From assembly GCA_028023455.1 (NCBI GenBank), contig JAQFVV010000003.1:19096001-19160000 (forward strand): 64,000 nucleotides of DNA, given 5' to 3'. Position numbers and translations under genes: made by a program. Below are positions 13,040 to 26,900 of the stretch, in pieces; within the stretch, counting starts at the first letter, position 1; every line of letters begins with the position of its first letter. This DNA comes from Epiperipatus broadwayi (taxonomy: Eukaryota; Animalia; Onychophora). The notes below the pieces were generated by a model. The model was not told the DNA's origin, ran no database searches, and was given only the letters and a program-made list of their open reading frames with translations.

Positions 13040-16000
13040 GCACTAATAATACCTGGGTGTGCTATTGGTGGGACGAGGAAGATCATTTGATGAAAAATTG
13101 CTAATATATGATAAAACATTGCCATGTTTATATAATAATAGGATGTCTGTCATAACAAAGAGAGAAAGAGTAAAATTAAGAGCAGATTATAAATCAAGGG
13201 GAACAACAGTAAAAAGTGAAACTGTCATTAAAAAGATGAACAATGTGGGTAATAACCATATTTTATTGAACGTTCATATCTTGTCCCTACTGTCACAAAA
13301 TGATTTGATCAATATTATTAGTAAGAGTAAAAAGAATATAATGCTAGAGAAAACTGAGGTAGTAGCAAGTGATTTGAATGGCAATATGATAGAAATACAT
13401 AGCATTGCAACTATACCTGTTAAAGTTAATTTGAAAGTCAAATTTTTACCTTTATCCATAGTGAAATGAAATCTTAGCTCTATCTTGGGTAGAAGTTGGT
13501 TCAACCTTTTAGGAATCTGGATCAACTTACTACTGCAATGATCAAGAAGTGATAGTTACACCTGATGATTCTGATTATGTAGTAGGGGCTGTTACATCAT
13601 ATCATTATGGAGGTGAACCCATTACTTACGTATCTAGAGCATTAACAACAGCATAAAAAAGTTTCATCAGTATGTTCATGGATGTGAGATCCATACAGAC
13701 CACTGACCTTTACTTGGTATTTTAGAAATTTGAAAAACACTGGAGCATGTTAGTCAAAGAATGATCCGATAGGTTAACATATAGGCAGCTTATAATTTCA
13801 AACTCATTTATAAACTGAGTCTTGAATTGGTCATTCAAGCACACTGTTAAGATTACCGGATACACATGTTTGAGTCTATGATCTTGAAGGTAAAGACTCT
13901 GTGATGTCTAATGTGGAAAATATTACTGTAATAGCAGAATGGATTAAAAATGTTTCCAGACATCAAATATTAAAGAAGCTGATTCCATTTGTATAATGTA
14001 ACGAGATCTTAGCCAATATTGGGTAGAAATTGGTTCAAACTTTTAGAGATTTGGAATAACATAACAAAAACCTTCGGGATCCAGAACAACATAATAAAAA
14101 GAGAGCAATTGGAGTCAGAGGTTAGAGAAAATGTGGGTAATAACCATATTTTATTGAACGTTCATATCTTGTCCCTACTGTCACAAAATGATTTGATCAA
14201 TATTATTAGTAAGAGTAAAAAGAATATAATGCTAGAGAAAACTGAGGTAGTAGCAAGTGATTTGAATGGCAATATGATAGAAATACATAGCATTGCAACT
14301 ATACCTGTTAAAGTTAATTTGAAAGTCAAATTTTTACCTTTATCCATAGTGAAATGAAATCTTAGCTCTATCTTGGGTAGAAGTTGGTTCAACCTTTTAG
14401 GAATCTGGATCAACTTACTACTGCAATGATCAAGAAGTGATAGTTACACCTGATGATTCTGATTATGTAGTAGGGGCTGTTACATCATATCATTATGAAG
14501 GTGAACCCATTACTTACGTATCTAGAGCATTAACAACAGCATAAAAAAGTTTCATCAGTATGTTCATGGATGTGAGATCCATACAGACCACTGACCTTTC
14601 CTTGGTATTTTAGAAATTTGAAAAACACTGGAGCATGTTAGTCAAAGAATGATCCGATAGGTTAACATATAGGCAGCTTATAATTTCAAACTCATTTATA
14701 AACTGAGTCTTGAATTGGTCATTCAAGCACACTGTTAAGATTACCGGATACACATGTTTGAGTCTATGATCTTGAAGGTAAAGACTCTGTGATGTCTAAT
14801 GTGGAAAATATTACTGTAATAGCAGAATGGATTAAAAATGTTTCCAGACATCAAATATTAAAGAAGCTGATTCCATTTGTATAATGTAACGAGATCTTAG
14901 CCAATATTGGGTAGAAATTGGTTCAAACTTTTAGAGATTTGGAATAACATAACAAAAACCTTCGGGATCCAGAACAACATAATAAAAAGAGAGCAATTGG
15001 AGTCAGAGGTTAGAGAAAAGTCTCTAGAGTCATTTAAGACAGGCCCATCAGAGTTAAACACATGGCCTGTTGACATTGTATTATTAAAAGATGCAGCTTG
15101 TAGTGTTTAGATCATGAAAGATTCCATTTGTATTAAAACCCAAAGTGGAGTGGAAAAAACGTTTTACGATTTTGATAAATGAGGTATTCTATCACCTTTG
15201 GATAAACGAGGTATTCAATCACCTGTGGGATGGTTATTATGAGTGTCACCAGTTGTGATAATATTGAAGCTAGGTGGGACCATTCAACTATGCGGAGATT
15301 ACCACATAACACTGAAAATAAATACATCAATAAAGGAGTTTAACCTATACTCGGTGTTTGTGAGATGTTAGCTTCATTGCAGAAGCAATTTATTTTGATA
15401 AAATAGATTTAAAGTTCACATTTTACTAAATTCCTGTGATGACTAAAACAACTGAAATTTTGACTATCAGCATGCAATTAGGATTAATGCCAATGTCAAA
15501 TAACAATAGCACCAAACATGTTTCGAGAAAAAATGGATAGCTTGTTGTTGGAATGGAAGGAGCGATTTCTTACTTTGACAACATCTTGATTATGGCTGAA
15601 ACAGAATGCAAATTGTCAACATGTATTTAAAATTTATGGCAAATAGAAAAAATTGTTTCAATTGACAAATGGTTTGAAGTGCATATGAAAAATCATTGAA
15701 ATTAAGTTTTTGGATCATGCTCAGACAAAGTGAAAGTTATTAAAAATGCACAAAACAAAAAAATATTAAAAATCTACAAGGATTTTTAGACTTACTAAAT
15801 TTTTTTTTTTGAGTTACCGGAAAGGAAAATGACATATTATGATCTTGTTATGCCAGTTATTAAGAAAAAGGATAGTGAACAGCAATAGAAGTGATATGAA
15901 GAGCATGGCTAAGCATTCAAGAAAGTTAAGGACTTATTAACCTTTAGTCAACTTCTCAACCATTATCGAAACAATCTAGCAATAATACTTACAACTGGTG

Positions 16001-17500
16001 CTTCTAATTATGAAGTAGGTGTTATATTGTTATGGAGGTGAACAGCTGATTGCTTAGTCATCTACAACATTAACAGCAGCAGAAAAGGAAGCTGTTGTAA
16101 AAAAAAAAAAAAAAACCATCAATGCATTTATGGATGTGAGTTTAAGATCCGCACAGACTTTAATTTCTGTTAAGTATTTTAGGAAGTCTGAAGAAGATTC
16201 TTGAGCATGCTAGTCAATGAATGATCCAATAGATTAACATATTGGCAGCATATGATTTCGAACTCATTATAAACTGGGTTAAGACATTAGTCATGCAGAT
16301 GCACTGTGAAGATTACCAGATATATGTGAATTCGATCCTAAGATCATGGAGAGAAACTCTATGGCATCTAAGGTGGTAAATAGTACTGTAATAGCAGAAT
16401 GGACTAAAAACGATTCCGGATATTAAATATTAAAGAAATGGATGACTTGAAAGTCGATGTAAATTCGTTGTTGAATTTATATGGAATGTACATGAAGATG
16501 TATTAATGTACAATGATTGTATCTTGATGACAGAATGTGTATTAATACCAACTGAGCACTGAAAACAAGTGTTAAGAATATTATATAAAGGACATTCGGG
16601 AGTTATGAGAGTGAAAGAGTTAATTCATTTGTATATGTGATGGCCTACTTTTAAGCTGTGAAATGGAACGTGCAGTTAAGCAGTATAGAGAATGTCAATC
16701 TACAGCTAAGTTTCCACTGAAAAAATTGGAACCTTGGCCTCAAGCCACTCAACTTTGGTAGAGACTACACATGGCCAATGCAGAACCATTAAATTGTTAT
16801 TGATTGTGAATAACACAAGCATGGAATATACCATTGAAGTTATGGATATTCTGAACCATAATCTCGGGTAATGGGGTCTGTTTTGTGTGTCTGCAATTAA
16901 AAGACTTTCTGGCTAATAAGGAAATATGTCAGGTATTAATATCTCTATATCACTGTCAATCAAATGGTTTGGCTGAAAGTGCAGTACAACAGTTAAAGCT
17001 AAATAAAATCAGTTATAAGGATATCAACAAAACATTAATGCCTGCCATGTTATACTAACATTTTATACCGTGCATATCTACAAGAAAAGTTGCCCGCTGA
17101 AATGTTAATGACATGAAAATGTGACAAGAAATAACTTATTTGCAAAAATTTTTAAATTTAAATACAGTCTAGATATGTTCTGAGAAAAAAGTGGTTCCCT
17201 GGGATTGTAATGAAAGTTTTATCAAAACAATTGACATAAATACAATCGTCAAATGGCAAGGCATTTAAATCTTTTAAGAATTTGGTAGAATTAGCTGTTA
17301 AAACCAGTTACTGATAGATCAAAATCTACATTAGCAGAAGAAATTACTCCAATAAAAAGAAATGAACATGCTGACATGGCATCAGAGGTACTAGATGAAG
17401 AAATACCTAATAATATGCAAACATATGAAATCGATTTATTGGGAAAGAGTAACCAGTCTGATAATCTAACAACTGCCTGAAATGGATTTGCTATCCTCAA
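13040..17500 (+). pseudogene. Gypsy gag-pol remnants (CCHC knuckles, protease, RT, RNase H, integrase)
   Basis: CYWWDEEDHLMKNC (knuckle), LPLSIVK..ILGRSWF (protease end), PDDSDYVVGAV..EPITYVSRALT (RNase H), GILSP..GGTIQLCGDY..KIDLK..SYFDNILI (RT), HSGVMRVK..C..C (integrase HHCC). Confidence 0.85.
13242..15017. repeat. Near-identical 888-bp tandem duplication
   Basis: Units are 13242-14129 and 14130-15017. Identical ORFs appear 888 bp apart in the ORF track (13274/14162). Only two substitutions were spotted by eye. Confidence 0.95.
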
Positions 17501-17644
17501 AGCAGTCTAATCAATGATACTAATAAGACAGTAAGAATAAAGACTGGTATCTTCACCTGGACCTATAAGAGACTTTCAAAGATCATTCAGATTATAGAAA
17601 ATATATTTGTGATTAAATGCTCTGTTTTCTAGAAAGAGGGGATT

Positions 17645-18153
17645 TGAGTATATTGTCTGATTATAATACCACTGTGTGTGCACATATATATGTAAAATTC
17701 ATAGTTGAGTAAATAAAATTAAAATATTTATTGTAACTATAGTCAAACAGGAAATAAATAAATTCTCCCTAATAGCACACATTCCAGAAATTTTTTTATA
17801 TACAAAACATGCAATGGAATTATTGTAAAACTAATATGTACTTATGTAATTTATATTTATGCAGAATATCAAACTGATATATAAACTGCAGAAATCTAAC
17901 CTCATATGTGATATATGTGAGTGAGCTTATGTCTAAATTTAACATGGAAAAGAAACACAAATACTGATAATCTATTAGTATGCATGTGAAGAAATTGTAA
18001 TCATATCTTAAGAAGACTTGGAGACAATAATGTAATTTCTAAGATTGTATATATATTTAGTTTTGTCTTTATATATATATTTGTTTCTGATAATAAAATT
18101 TATCGATGCTTGTCTTGCTGATATTGTCAATAATATCCCTGGGATACATAGCA
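17645..18153 (+). repeat. 3' LTR
   Basis: Preceded by a polypurine tract, ends gatacatagca, and is homologous to 7430-7891. Confidence 0.75.
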
Positions 18154-19040
18154 GTCTTTAATTCTACTTCTTTATTTTCATCTAATAATTCTTGCAACAT
18201 TTCCTGAAGCTCTAAATCTAGATGTCGTAAATAATCTTCATCTAAATTACTGTAAAAATTTTGGAGATATGGAAACATCCTGTCATACATCTTGTTAATA
18301 TTAATCTTAGTGATCCCACACTAAATATTATTTAGAATATAACAATGTTCTGGTATTGATATCCAAAGGTTTAATTACTGAAAATACAGAATCAAATGTC
18401 TTTTCAATTTACAAATCCAAAGTATTTAGCAGTTGATATTCATTAGCCCTTTTTATAACTTCTCTTAATACTTGAAACTTTTTTTTTGGTTAGAATCCAA
18501 AGTTTGCTGTAGATGAGATATTTTGATTAAGATTTTATATTAAACTTGTAGAAAACTGATAAGTCTGTAATTTCTAATATTTTCTTTTATTAAATAACAA
18601 TATTATTTCTGCATTCTTCCAATCATCTGGTATCTTTTTATCACTAGATATTTATTATATAATTTAGCTATTAATTTTTCAATTTTTTTCATCTGCTTTT
18701 TAAAAATATCTATAATTCCATTTTTTCATGTTTTTCTTTTCTTTATAGATTTACTTGCATATCTCATTTCATTTAAAATGTTTGTCAAGTCAGAAAATAT
18801 AGTTAGTATAGTGATTATTTGGTTTTCTTGTTCTTGATTACCATATAATTATTCCACAAATTTTATAATATCCTCTTTTTTTAAATAATAGCTTCATATT
18901 GTGGAAATACCACCCCTCCCCCTGATGCTTTCTTCCATAATCTTCATTGTCAATTTACTTATATATATATTGTCATTATTAACCTTTTTTGTACCATTTT
19001 ATAGACCTCTCAATATTCAATTCTTAATGGATCATTTTTA
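18154..19040 (-). mobile_element. RTE-type LINE RT segment (5' partner of 6930-7429)
   Basis: Minus strand gives a decayed GVRQGxSISPKxF region, then DYLRHLDLELQEMLQELLDENKEVELK, which continues as KINTKKIKVMFN at 7429. Confidence 0.75.
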
Positions 19041-22014
19041 TAATTAAAAAAAAGAATTTCAAGTTGTATTCACAAATGTATAGATTATATAATTAAAATA
19101 TATATGAAATCCTGCTTGGCTCTATTAGTATTGTAATAAAAATAAGTTATTCAGGTTTATTAAACCTCAATATAATAAAAGAAAGTAAAACAATTTTTTT
19201 ATGTTAAAATATTTTTTTTTTTGTTTTATATCAAATCTCTCTTTTGTTAATGTGTTTAATTTCAAATATGTAAGAAGATTAACTTGTTTATATATATATA
19301 TTTTTAATGGTAATGAAAATAAAAGATAAAAAATTTAATGTGTATGTGTATTATGTTATCGGATTTGGATCTGCTCAAATCATGGATCACTTGGATGTAA
19401 ATTGGGTTAATTTTATTTATCTCTCTTCTCATACAGCAGATTCTGAATGCATGGACAAACTATAGCAGGCTATAAGATAAATGAAATCATTTCTGTAGCA
19501 AGTTACTTTTTAACTGCTGGTAATAATCTCTAGTGACAGAAAAAATAATTTTCAAATATCAGAGATGAAAAAGATTTCGTTAAAGTTTTTATGATGGAAG
19601 AGTAGATCAATCCTTTATCTACTGTTGCTGCAGTCCTGACCAAAAAATGTGAGCCTGCTTTTAAAAAAAAAAAATGCTTAAGCCTTCCTAAGATGAGATT
19701 TGTTTTCATAACCTACAAAAGTAGGAAAGAGAGAGAGAAGGACAGATTACTTTTAGAATAAATAGTCTCATATTCATTGTTATCTGTGATGATTAGATCT
19801 ATAGATCAATGTCTTATTATCCATATATGTGAATAATGTTCAAGTAGAAGAAATATAAACTTATAAAGGAACCTAGGCAATGGAAAGCCCTTTTATGATA
19901 ACATCTATCAGAGACAGTATACCATAGATGTCGATTTGTGAACTCTTGACAAGGACCACATATTGAATATTGGATTGTGAATTATTTGCTAAATGACAAG
20001 AATTATATGTGCACACGTAAAAACAGGAAAGGATAGAGACAAGAGTATGTACATTTCAGATTATTTTGGGTAATTGAGTTCTATAAAATGGTAAGATTTT
20101 ATTTTATTTTTTGCTTTTTCTTTATATCTTCAAAAGTAATCTTTCGATGAATATTTTTAACTCTCTCACACAGATTTGAGAATAAGAATTTCTTTTTAAT
20201 TTTATTTGAAAATATTGGGGGGGGGGGGGTATTTTAAATGTTACCTGGTGGATTAAAAATTCAAAGAATGAAATATGTTAGTAAAATTCATCCATTGTCT
20301 AATCAAGAAAATGCAGATTTATTGATTGGCATCTATAGTTATATTTTTTGGTTTGATTCTTTTTAAATTATTAATTCCATAGAAATAATGTATAAGGCAT
20401 GTTTTTTTTCTTTATTCTTTGCAGCATTCTAAAATAAATATATTTCAATCTGAGAAATAAATGTAGGATTTGTGTAGTTTTGTAAATGTAAATTAAGTAT
20501 ATATGGTGATATCAGATCTTAAAAAAGGGGGATTTGATTTATTGGGTAATAATGTTTATTATGGTTGGTTGCCATTAATATACAAATTCTTTATCATCAT
20601 GTTACCCATAGGCTAAACACCAGAGAAATTATATTGTGAAATTTAATTAATTTATCAATTAAAAGTATATATACAGACAACATGAAGTGATAAAGCTTAT
20701 GTATGTATCACTTTCCTTTATATTTGGTTGTCCATCTGACATGATCATCATCATCACTGTATAAAAACTTAATCAAATGGGTATCTAATAGATAGTTGAT
20801 TTAAGAATAAATGATCACACTTCTCAGTCAGTTGTCTGTTACATTTGGCTGCCCAAATGTGAGGATCATATAATGTACTGCGGTCTGTTACAATTTATAT
20901 AGACTCATTGTTGAATGAGTGTTGTAGATTTTTTAATAAGTAAATTTCATTCTTTTTTGTTTTGTATGCTTTTATTAATTGGCAATCACTATCAATATAC
21001 AGTCTTAATACCAGTACCTCCGCCTTTTCTTTCATTTAATTACAGTAAGCAAGATCTTTTCTCCTTTTCCTCATTTTTTAAAGGCACAAACACTTTTCAT
21101 GGCTTAGGCAGAGCAGTAAATAATTTTCTCATTCACATGTTTCTATATGTTTATGTGTTTTACAAAATCAGTATCATTTGGTTGCTTTAATATATATATT
21201 TGGTTGTGGATTTGAAGGTTTTTATTGTTTTCTAAAAGATTAAGAGCTATAAAATGTGATATTTAGCTGATCATTTAATAATCTAATTCATATTTCAACA
21301 ATTTTTAAATGAAAGTAGCATTTTTTTGTTCTTGATATTAATTTTTTATTTATTAAAAAATATTTCCTTATTAATTATGTAACAACAAGGCCTAAGGTCA
21401 GTAAAAAAAGGAAAAACATTTCAAGGAAAATGAATAGGAAGTTATTTAATATATTTTTTTTCCAAGGCTTTGCTTAAAAAATATTTATTTTAAAACTGAC
21501 AGAGGGGGGGGGGGATTCACATCTGGTTAATCAGGAAGTTATCAAAAATGAATTTACAACTGAAGTCCTTCCATTTCCCGATTCCACCCTTTTTATGTTA
21601 TTGATATTTTAAAAAATTACTACTTTAGTCATAAGGAAGAACTGCATTGAGAGGTATGTTTATGTTAGTACATGCATGTGTATTTATAGTATCACCTATG
21701 TGACTGTATGCACGTAAAATGCTTTAGTAGATTTTTATTTGTTGATATCCATTTGCATATGCTCTATCTAGTGTTTATGTATTAGACTTCTAGATGAGTC
21801 AAAATAAGGATTAGGTGTACTGGCAGCTATAGATAAAAATGCAAAATATAGTATAATTTTGTTTAAATAAGAAATAAGTATGTGTGAGCAAAGTAAGTAA
21901 AATACTTTTTAAATAATAAATTCAGATGAATGAATTACCATTGTACCAAAAGACCTGTTATTGATAAACTGTATATATATACTACTCATATATAATATTT
22001 ATATAAAATAGAAA

Positions 22015-22223
22015 CTATTGTATAATATACATTTCTATATAAATATGGATATGCATGGAAACATAAAAAGGCCTTATGGTACAAGAATAGCATATGCATT
22101 GGCCATTTTTACAATCTAGTCTCAAATCCAGACAATAAACTTTAATCAGGCTCATGATGAGATAAACTTGTTCACATTCAGTGCCATTACAGTTTACAGA
22201 AGTAATTTTGAAATGCAATAACT
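22015..22223 (-). pseudogene. Candidate CS-alpha/beta (scorpion K+-channel-toxin-like) mature-peptide exon, possibly pseudogenised
   Basis: After a tttttataag acceptor the frame reads LLHFKITSVNCNGTECEQVYLIMSLIKVYCLDLRLDCKNGQCICYSC. The C-terminal CxNGxCxCYxC resembles alpha-KTx. The third Cys position is TAT, one change from TGT. Confidence 0.45.
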
Positions 22224-23904
22224 CTTATAAAAAAGATGCATGCTATATTAATATTTATTATTGAAAATAAATCATTATTCAATAAATATGCTTCTGTGCA
22301 TGTTAAGTGTGCATGCTGAGAATGCTCTTGATATTTAATTTCCACAATGTTATGCATGTGAATAAAAACAAGATGAAATTTTATTTTAATAAAACTGCTT
22401 TATTCTATTTAGGTACAGTATACTAATCCTGTTATCTGTTACTTATAAAACATGAGCCAAATGAAAACTAAGAGTTTCAAATATTCTGGTCTCAAAAAGA
22501 AAATTAAATTTAAAACATATAGCATCTCAGATGTATATAAGGTGACACATTAGAAATCACACCTCACACCCTAAAGCATTGTATAAGATGCTTTGACGAG
22601 CAATTTTTTTTGCATGCATTTGATTTTGTCAAAATATAATGTGAAGCAAAACAAGTAGATACTTATTGGTTTTGGGTTTTTTTTTGGAACCTGACATATG
22701 ACCTAGTAAAAATTTCACCTATCAGTTTTGAAGTTTTTGAGCCTTATGTTGAAGTGAATTCATCTGCTATAAGCAAAACTAATATTGTATTTAATTCCAA
22801 AATTATTGCTAGATATTTAATTCTTCATGCAAAAATAAAGAAAAAAAGTTAAATAGTTCTTAAATAGTTCACTGCAAATTCAAAGGCTTCCCCAAGAAAA
22901 CTTTACTTACCAAGCTTTTCAATTAATAGATAATGTTTGTTGTTCTATCCTTCATTTTTCTCTAGTTAAGAATAGCTTGACATCCTTTTTTTTTTTTTAA
23001 TATCAATATTAGAGGGCATAGAAGGCAGATGCATTGCCATTAATCCTAAAATATGAATTACAAACCAAAGTCATAGCATGAACAATTTCTATCTTCCAAG
23101 CAGAAACTAAAGAGACATTCTAAGTTTTACTAATAACATTATATTTATTAAGTATCTTTTGTATATGCATGCAGAAAATATAAATCAGTTTAATAACTTT
23201 AATATTTCAACACAAAGATTGTTACAACAGTTAAGATTTTAAATCAAAAATATTTGCTTTTGACCATTTGTCAAAAACAAAACACCAGTAGATAAAAGAT
23301 TTATCATAAACTGACATTGAATAGAATTTGTAAAGACTTGCATGGGAAAATGAAATTTAGAATTATTCATGCTACAAAAATGAAAACTTGTTATAATTAA
23401 TGGGTAGGAAAAATGATACTTTGAGCTATGGTGTAGGTGAAAATTTTTGAGTTCTAATATTTGATCAAATTAAACTGAATTTAGAAAGTTCAAATGACAC
23501 GTCAAATTGTCATATTTTATAATTTAATTTATTAAATATAATTATTTGATTAATTACTTGTTTGTCATGGTGTTCGATTATCACCCAAATGTCTATTAAT
23601 CAAATTAACTTTGTCTTTACTCCAAGGGATGTTCATGTGACATTAAATTTGATATAAGCCATATTTTTTCCCTAATTTCAAACAAAGATGCTTATATTTA
23701 GCTAATATCTAGAGTTTATAACATGTACATTTTAAAATAGTTATAAACTTTATTAAGTAAATAAAACAAGTTGGCTTTGTTCAAAACCTTGAGATGTTAA
23801 AACTTTCAATTCATTATCTTAGGTTTCAAAACAAGAGAAAACTGGTCTTTAAGTAAATAAAGTATGAAACAATTCCTTCAATATTAATTGAAAGTGAAAA
23901 ACTG

Positions 23905-26900
23905 ATTGTGATGCACTGTGACGTCTCCTTATATACGGAGTCAGGAATCTCTCAGCAACTATGTCCAGAGAAACCTGTTAGCCACTTTGATTTCCCTTTC
24001 CATTCTCCACCCCAAGTTTTCCCATATTGCTTTCTATCCTGCTCCATCCTATTTCCCCAACATAATCTTTGTCAACTCCATGGCCTTTTTAGATAAAAAA
24101 CCCTTATCTTTTCCCAAATTCAGTATAATAACCAATAAACCTCTTTCTGTATAATCGTTTGTTCATATTTATTCTTCCACAACTTCATTATTTGTACCCT
24201 TTCTGCTTACAGGCATTTACATTCAATTAGTATATGCCTAATATTTTCTATGCCTTTCTTACACAACTTGCAGACTAAATCTCCCATATTTTTCCATTTA
24301 TGTGTATATTCCCTTGTTGCTAAAGATCCCGTTCGAGCCTTAAACAGTAAACTACTTTGCTTGCAATCAAATTAACTCACACCCAATATTCTGTTTATTT
24401 CTATAAATATTTAAACTCTTTACTATCCATACTAGCTTTCCAACTCCCTATTCTTTATTAATGCATCTATTCTTCTATCTCATTCCTTAATACTCAACAA
24501 TTCTGTTAACACAATCATCCCACCTTTTGTATAAGCATACTGACAAATTCTTTATCTAAATCTTCTGCATATCGCATTACCTTTCACACCCATCTTGATG
24601 CCTGCCCTTTATTCATAACCCAATTAAATACTATTTTGGCTATTCTTTTATTATCCATAAACTGCAATCTACCAAACATTTTCATTTTGCTTTTTGCATC
24701 TCATATAAACTTGACCATTCCATTTTTCCTTGAATTGCCTCCTTTGCCATCCACACTTCTGAATCTAATGCATGTCTTCCTACTTCTCTTTGTACTTTTT
24801 CTAAGTAATCTAATACCCTATTACTAACACATAATGCATCATTACCATGTGTTAACCCTGCTATTGTTATTCCCTTCCATACAATTCTAGCTACATCATA
24901 TTTATTATACAAGAACACTGTTAATTTCTTTATCAATCCCTTTCTTTTCTTTGTTTCATTTATCAGTTTTTTTTTCCATTCATCCAAGCAATTTCTCTGA
25001 TTACTTAAGACGATTCCCAAATAGTTATATCTATTCACCACACTTAACTTTATATCCCCCAGTAAAAATTCTTTGTCTTCTCTTTCCCCAATATTAATCA
25101 TCATTACTTTTGATTTTTCTTCACTAAATTTAATCCCCATCTCTTTACCCACCTTTGTGCATGTCCTCAGCATAACTTCCATATCTTCCCTTCTTTCTGC
25201 ACACAAAAAAACATCATCCGCAAATAAAAGACCCGACAATGTATATACTCCCTTGCCACCTATTAATGGTATCTCTACCCCTCTTCCTAGTCTTTCTATT
25301 GCTCTCTCCATTTCTCTCAAATACAACAAAAACAAAATAGGTGACAGAGGACATCCTTGCCTTAGTCCCACCCCATTTTTAACTTTAACTGATTCTATAT
25401 TCCCTAATTGATACATATAGTAATTATTTTCATATAATTTCTTAATAATATCCACTAAAGCTCCATCCATTCCCAAATTTACTAAACTTACCCATAATCT
25501 ATTTCTATTTACTCTATCATACACCTTCTCTATATCTATAAAAACCATATATAACTGTCTACCTGTATTCCTACTCATATCCATAAGTTGTGTAACTACA
25601 AATAAACTATCTCCTATACGCCTATCTGATCGAAAACCTCCTTGCATTTCTCCCACTATATTATTTTCTTCCATCCATTTTGCAACCCTTCCAGCCACTA
25701 TATATGAGAAAACTTTATATAGCACTGACGTTACCGCTATCGGTCTATAATTGTTTAACTTTCTATGATCCTTACCCTTCCCTTTAAATAATAGCCTTAC
25801 TCTTGTATTACTCCAACTACCTGGAAAATCTCTCTTCTGTGCCATCTTATTAAAACATGATAATAGTTTTAATTTTGCCTTCTGCCCTAAATTCATTACC
25901 ATCTCTGCTGCCCATCCATCCAAACCTCTTGCCTTTCCACTTTTCAATTTCTTACTTGCCTTATTCAGTTCATTTTCTGTAAATCGTATATTCCCATTAC
26001 TATATGCTCTCATGGTTGCTATGACTCTGTCCTTCACATCTAACATCTTTTCTATATCCATTACATACTTGTTTAAGACTATCTCTAATTCTTCTCTAGA
26101 ACTACACTCTATTCCCTCATCATCTAGTAATACTAATTCTCTCTCCCCTACATTCCTTCTTTTAATGTATTTCCAAAATTTTTTACTCTCATCTCTTTTA
26201 CTTTTATTAATATCTTCTAACAGTTTACTATTCAATTTCATTCTTTCTCCATAATTATTTATTTTAGCCAACTTCTTTTTTCTAAGTACTTTTCCCATTT
26301 AGTATTAACATCTTTTTCACTTTCTTTGTTTTTAATTCTCTGCATGCTTTTTTCCTCTCTTTTACACTTTTACTAACTCTCACTTTTCTATTATTTTTAT
26401 TCTGAATATTCTTACCTAAAACCCTATTTGCCACTTTTTCTATTTCACCACATCAGTCCTTATATTTATCCCCAACCAACTCTTCCATGGTTTCTTCAAC
26501 TTTTATTTTATACTCTTCTAACTTATTCTTATCATTCATTCTCCATCCACACCTTTCACTATCCTTTCTACTTTTATTGCTATTTTTCATCACATTACTA
26601 ACCATTTCTGTTATAAAGAAGTTATAATCACTATTACATACTCTCTCTTCATTATCCATCATCTTAATTTTCCATACTTTATTCATTCCCTCTCTATTGT
26701 GTGGAATATATTATTTCTAGACCATGTGTATTGTCCCTCATAAATATTTGATAAATTTCCAATGGTCAAATTCACTCTCTGACAAAAACTTCAAAAGCTG
26801 TCCATTCTTATTACTTATATCATCAATTTCTTCAATATGCCCATTCATTTCCCCTATAATCATTATTCTCTTCCCCCTTTCTGTGAAACTGTATATCCTT

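Larger units (their letters stand above)
7430..18153 (+). mobile_element. Old Gypsy-type LTR retrotransposon with nested insertions
   Basis: Homologous LTRs at 7430-7891 and 17645-18153, both ending gatacatagca. PBS-like tgacacagtcggcag follows the 5' LTR and purine tract agaaagagggg precedes the 3' LTR. 5-bp TSD ATCTT/GTCTT. gag-pol remnants inside. Confidence 0.8.

Noticed and set aside
13059-14413. Duplicated 83-136-aa ORFs as a paralogous gene pair
   Set aside because: They are Gypsy protease remnants, or their antisense, copied by the 888-bp duplication.
19437-19519. Exon-like segment with a good polypyrimidine tract and GT donor
   Set aside because: Stops in all three frames and no linkable gene. 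It could be a UTR exon but is unsupported.
22905-22965. Minus-strand ATG plus strong GTAAGT donor as exon 1 of the toxin-like gene
   Set aside because: The frame (MKDRTTNIIY*) is not a signal peptide and stops before the donor.
25073-26254. Plus-strand ORFs of 112 aa and 80 aa
   Set aside because: Antisense shadows of the LINE RT ORF.
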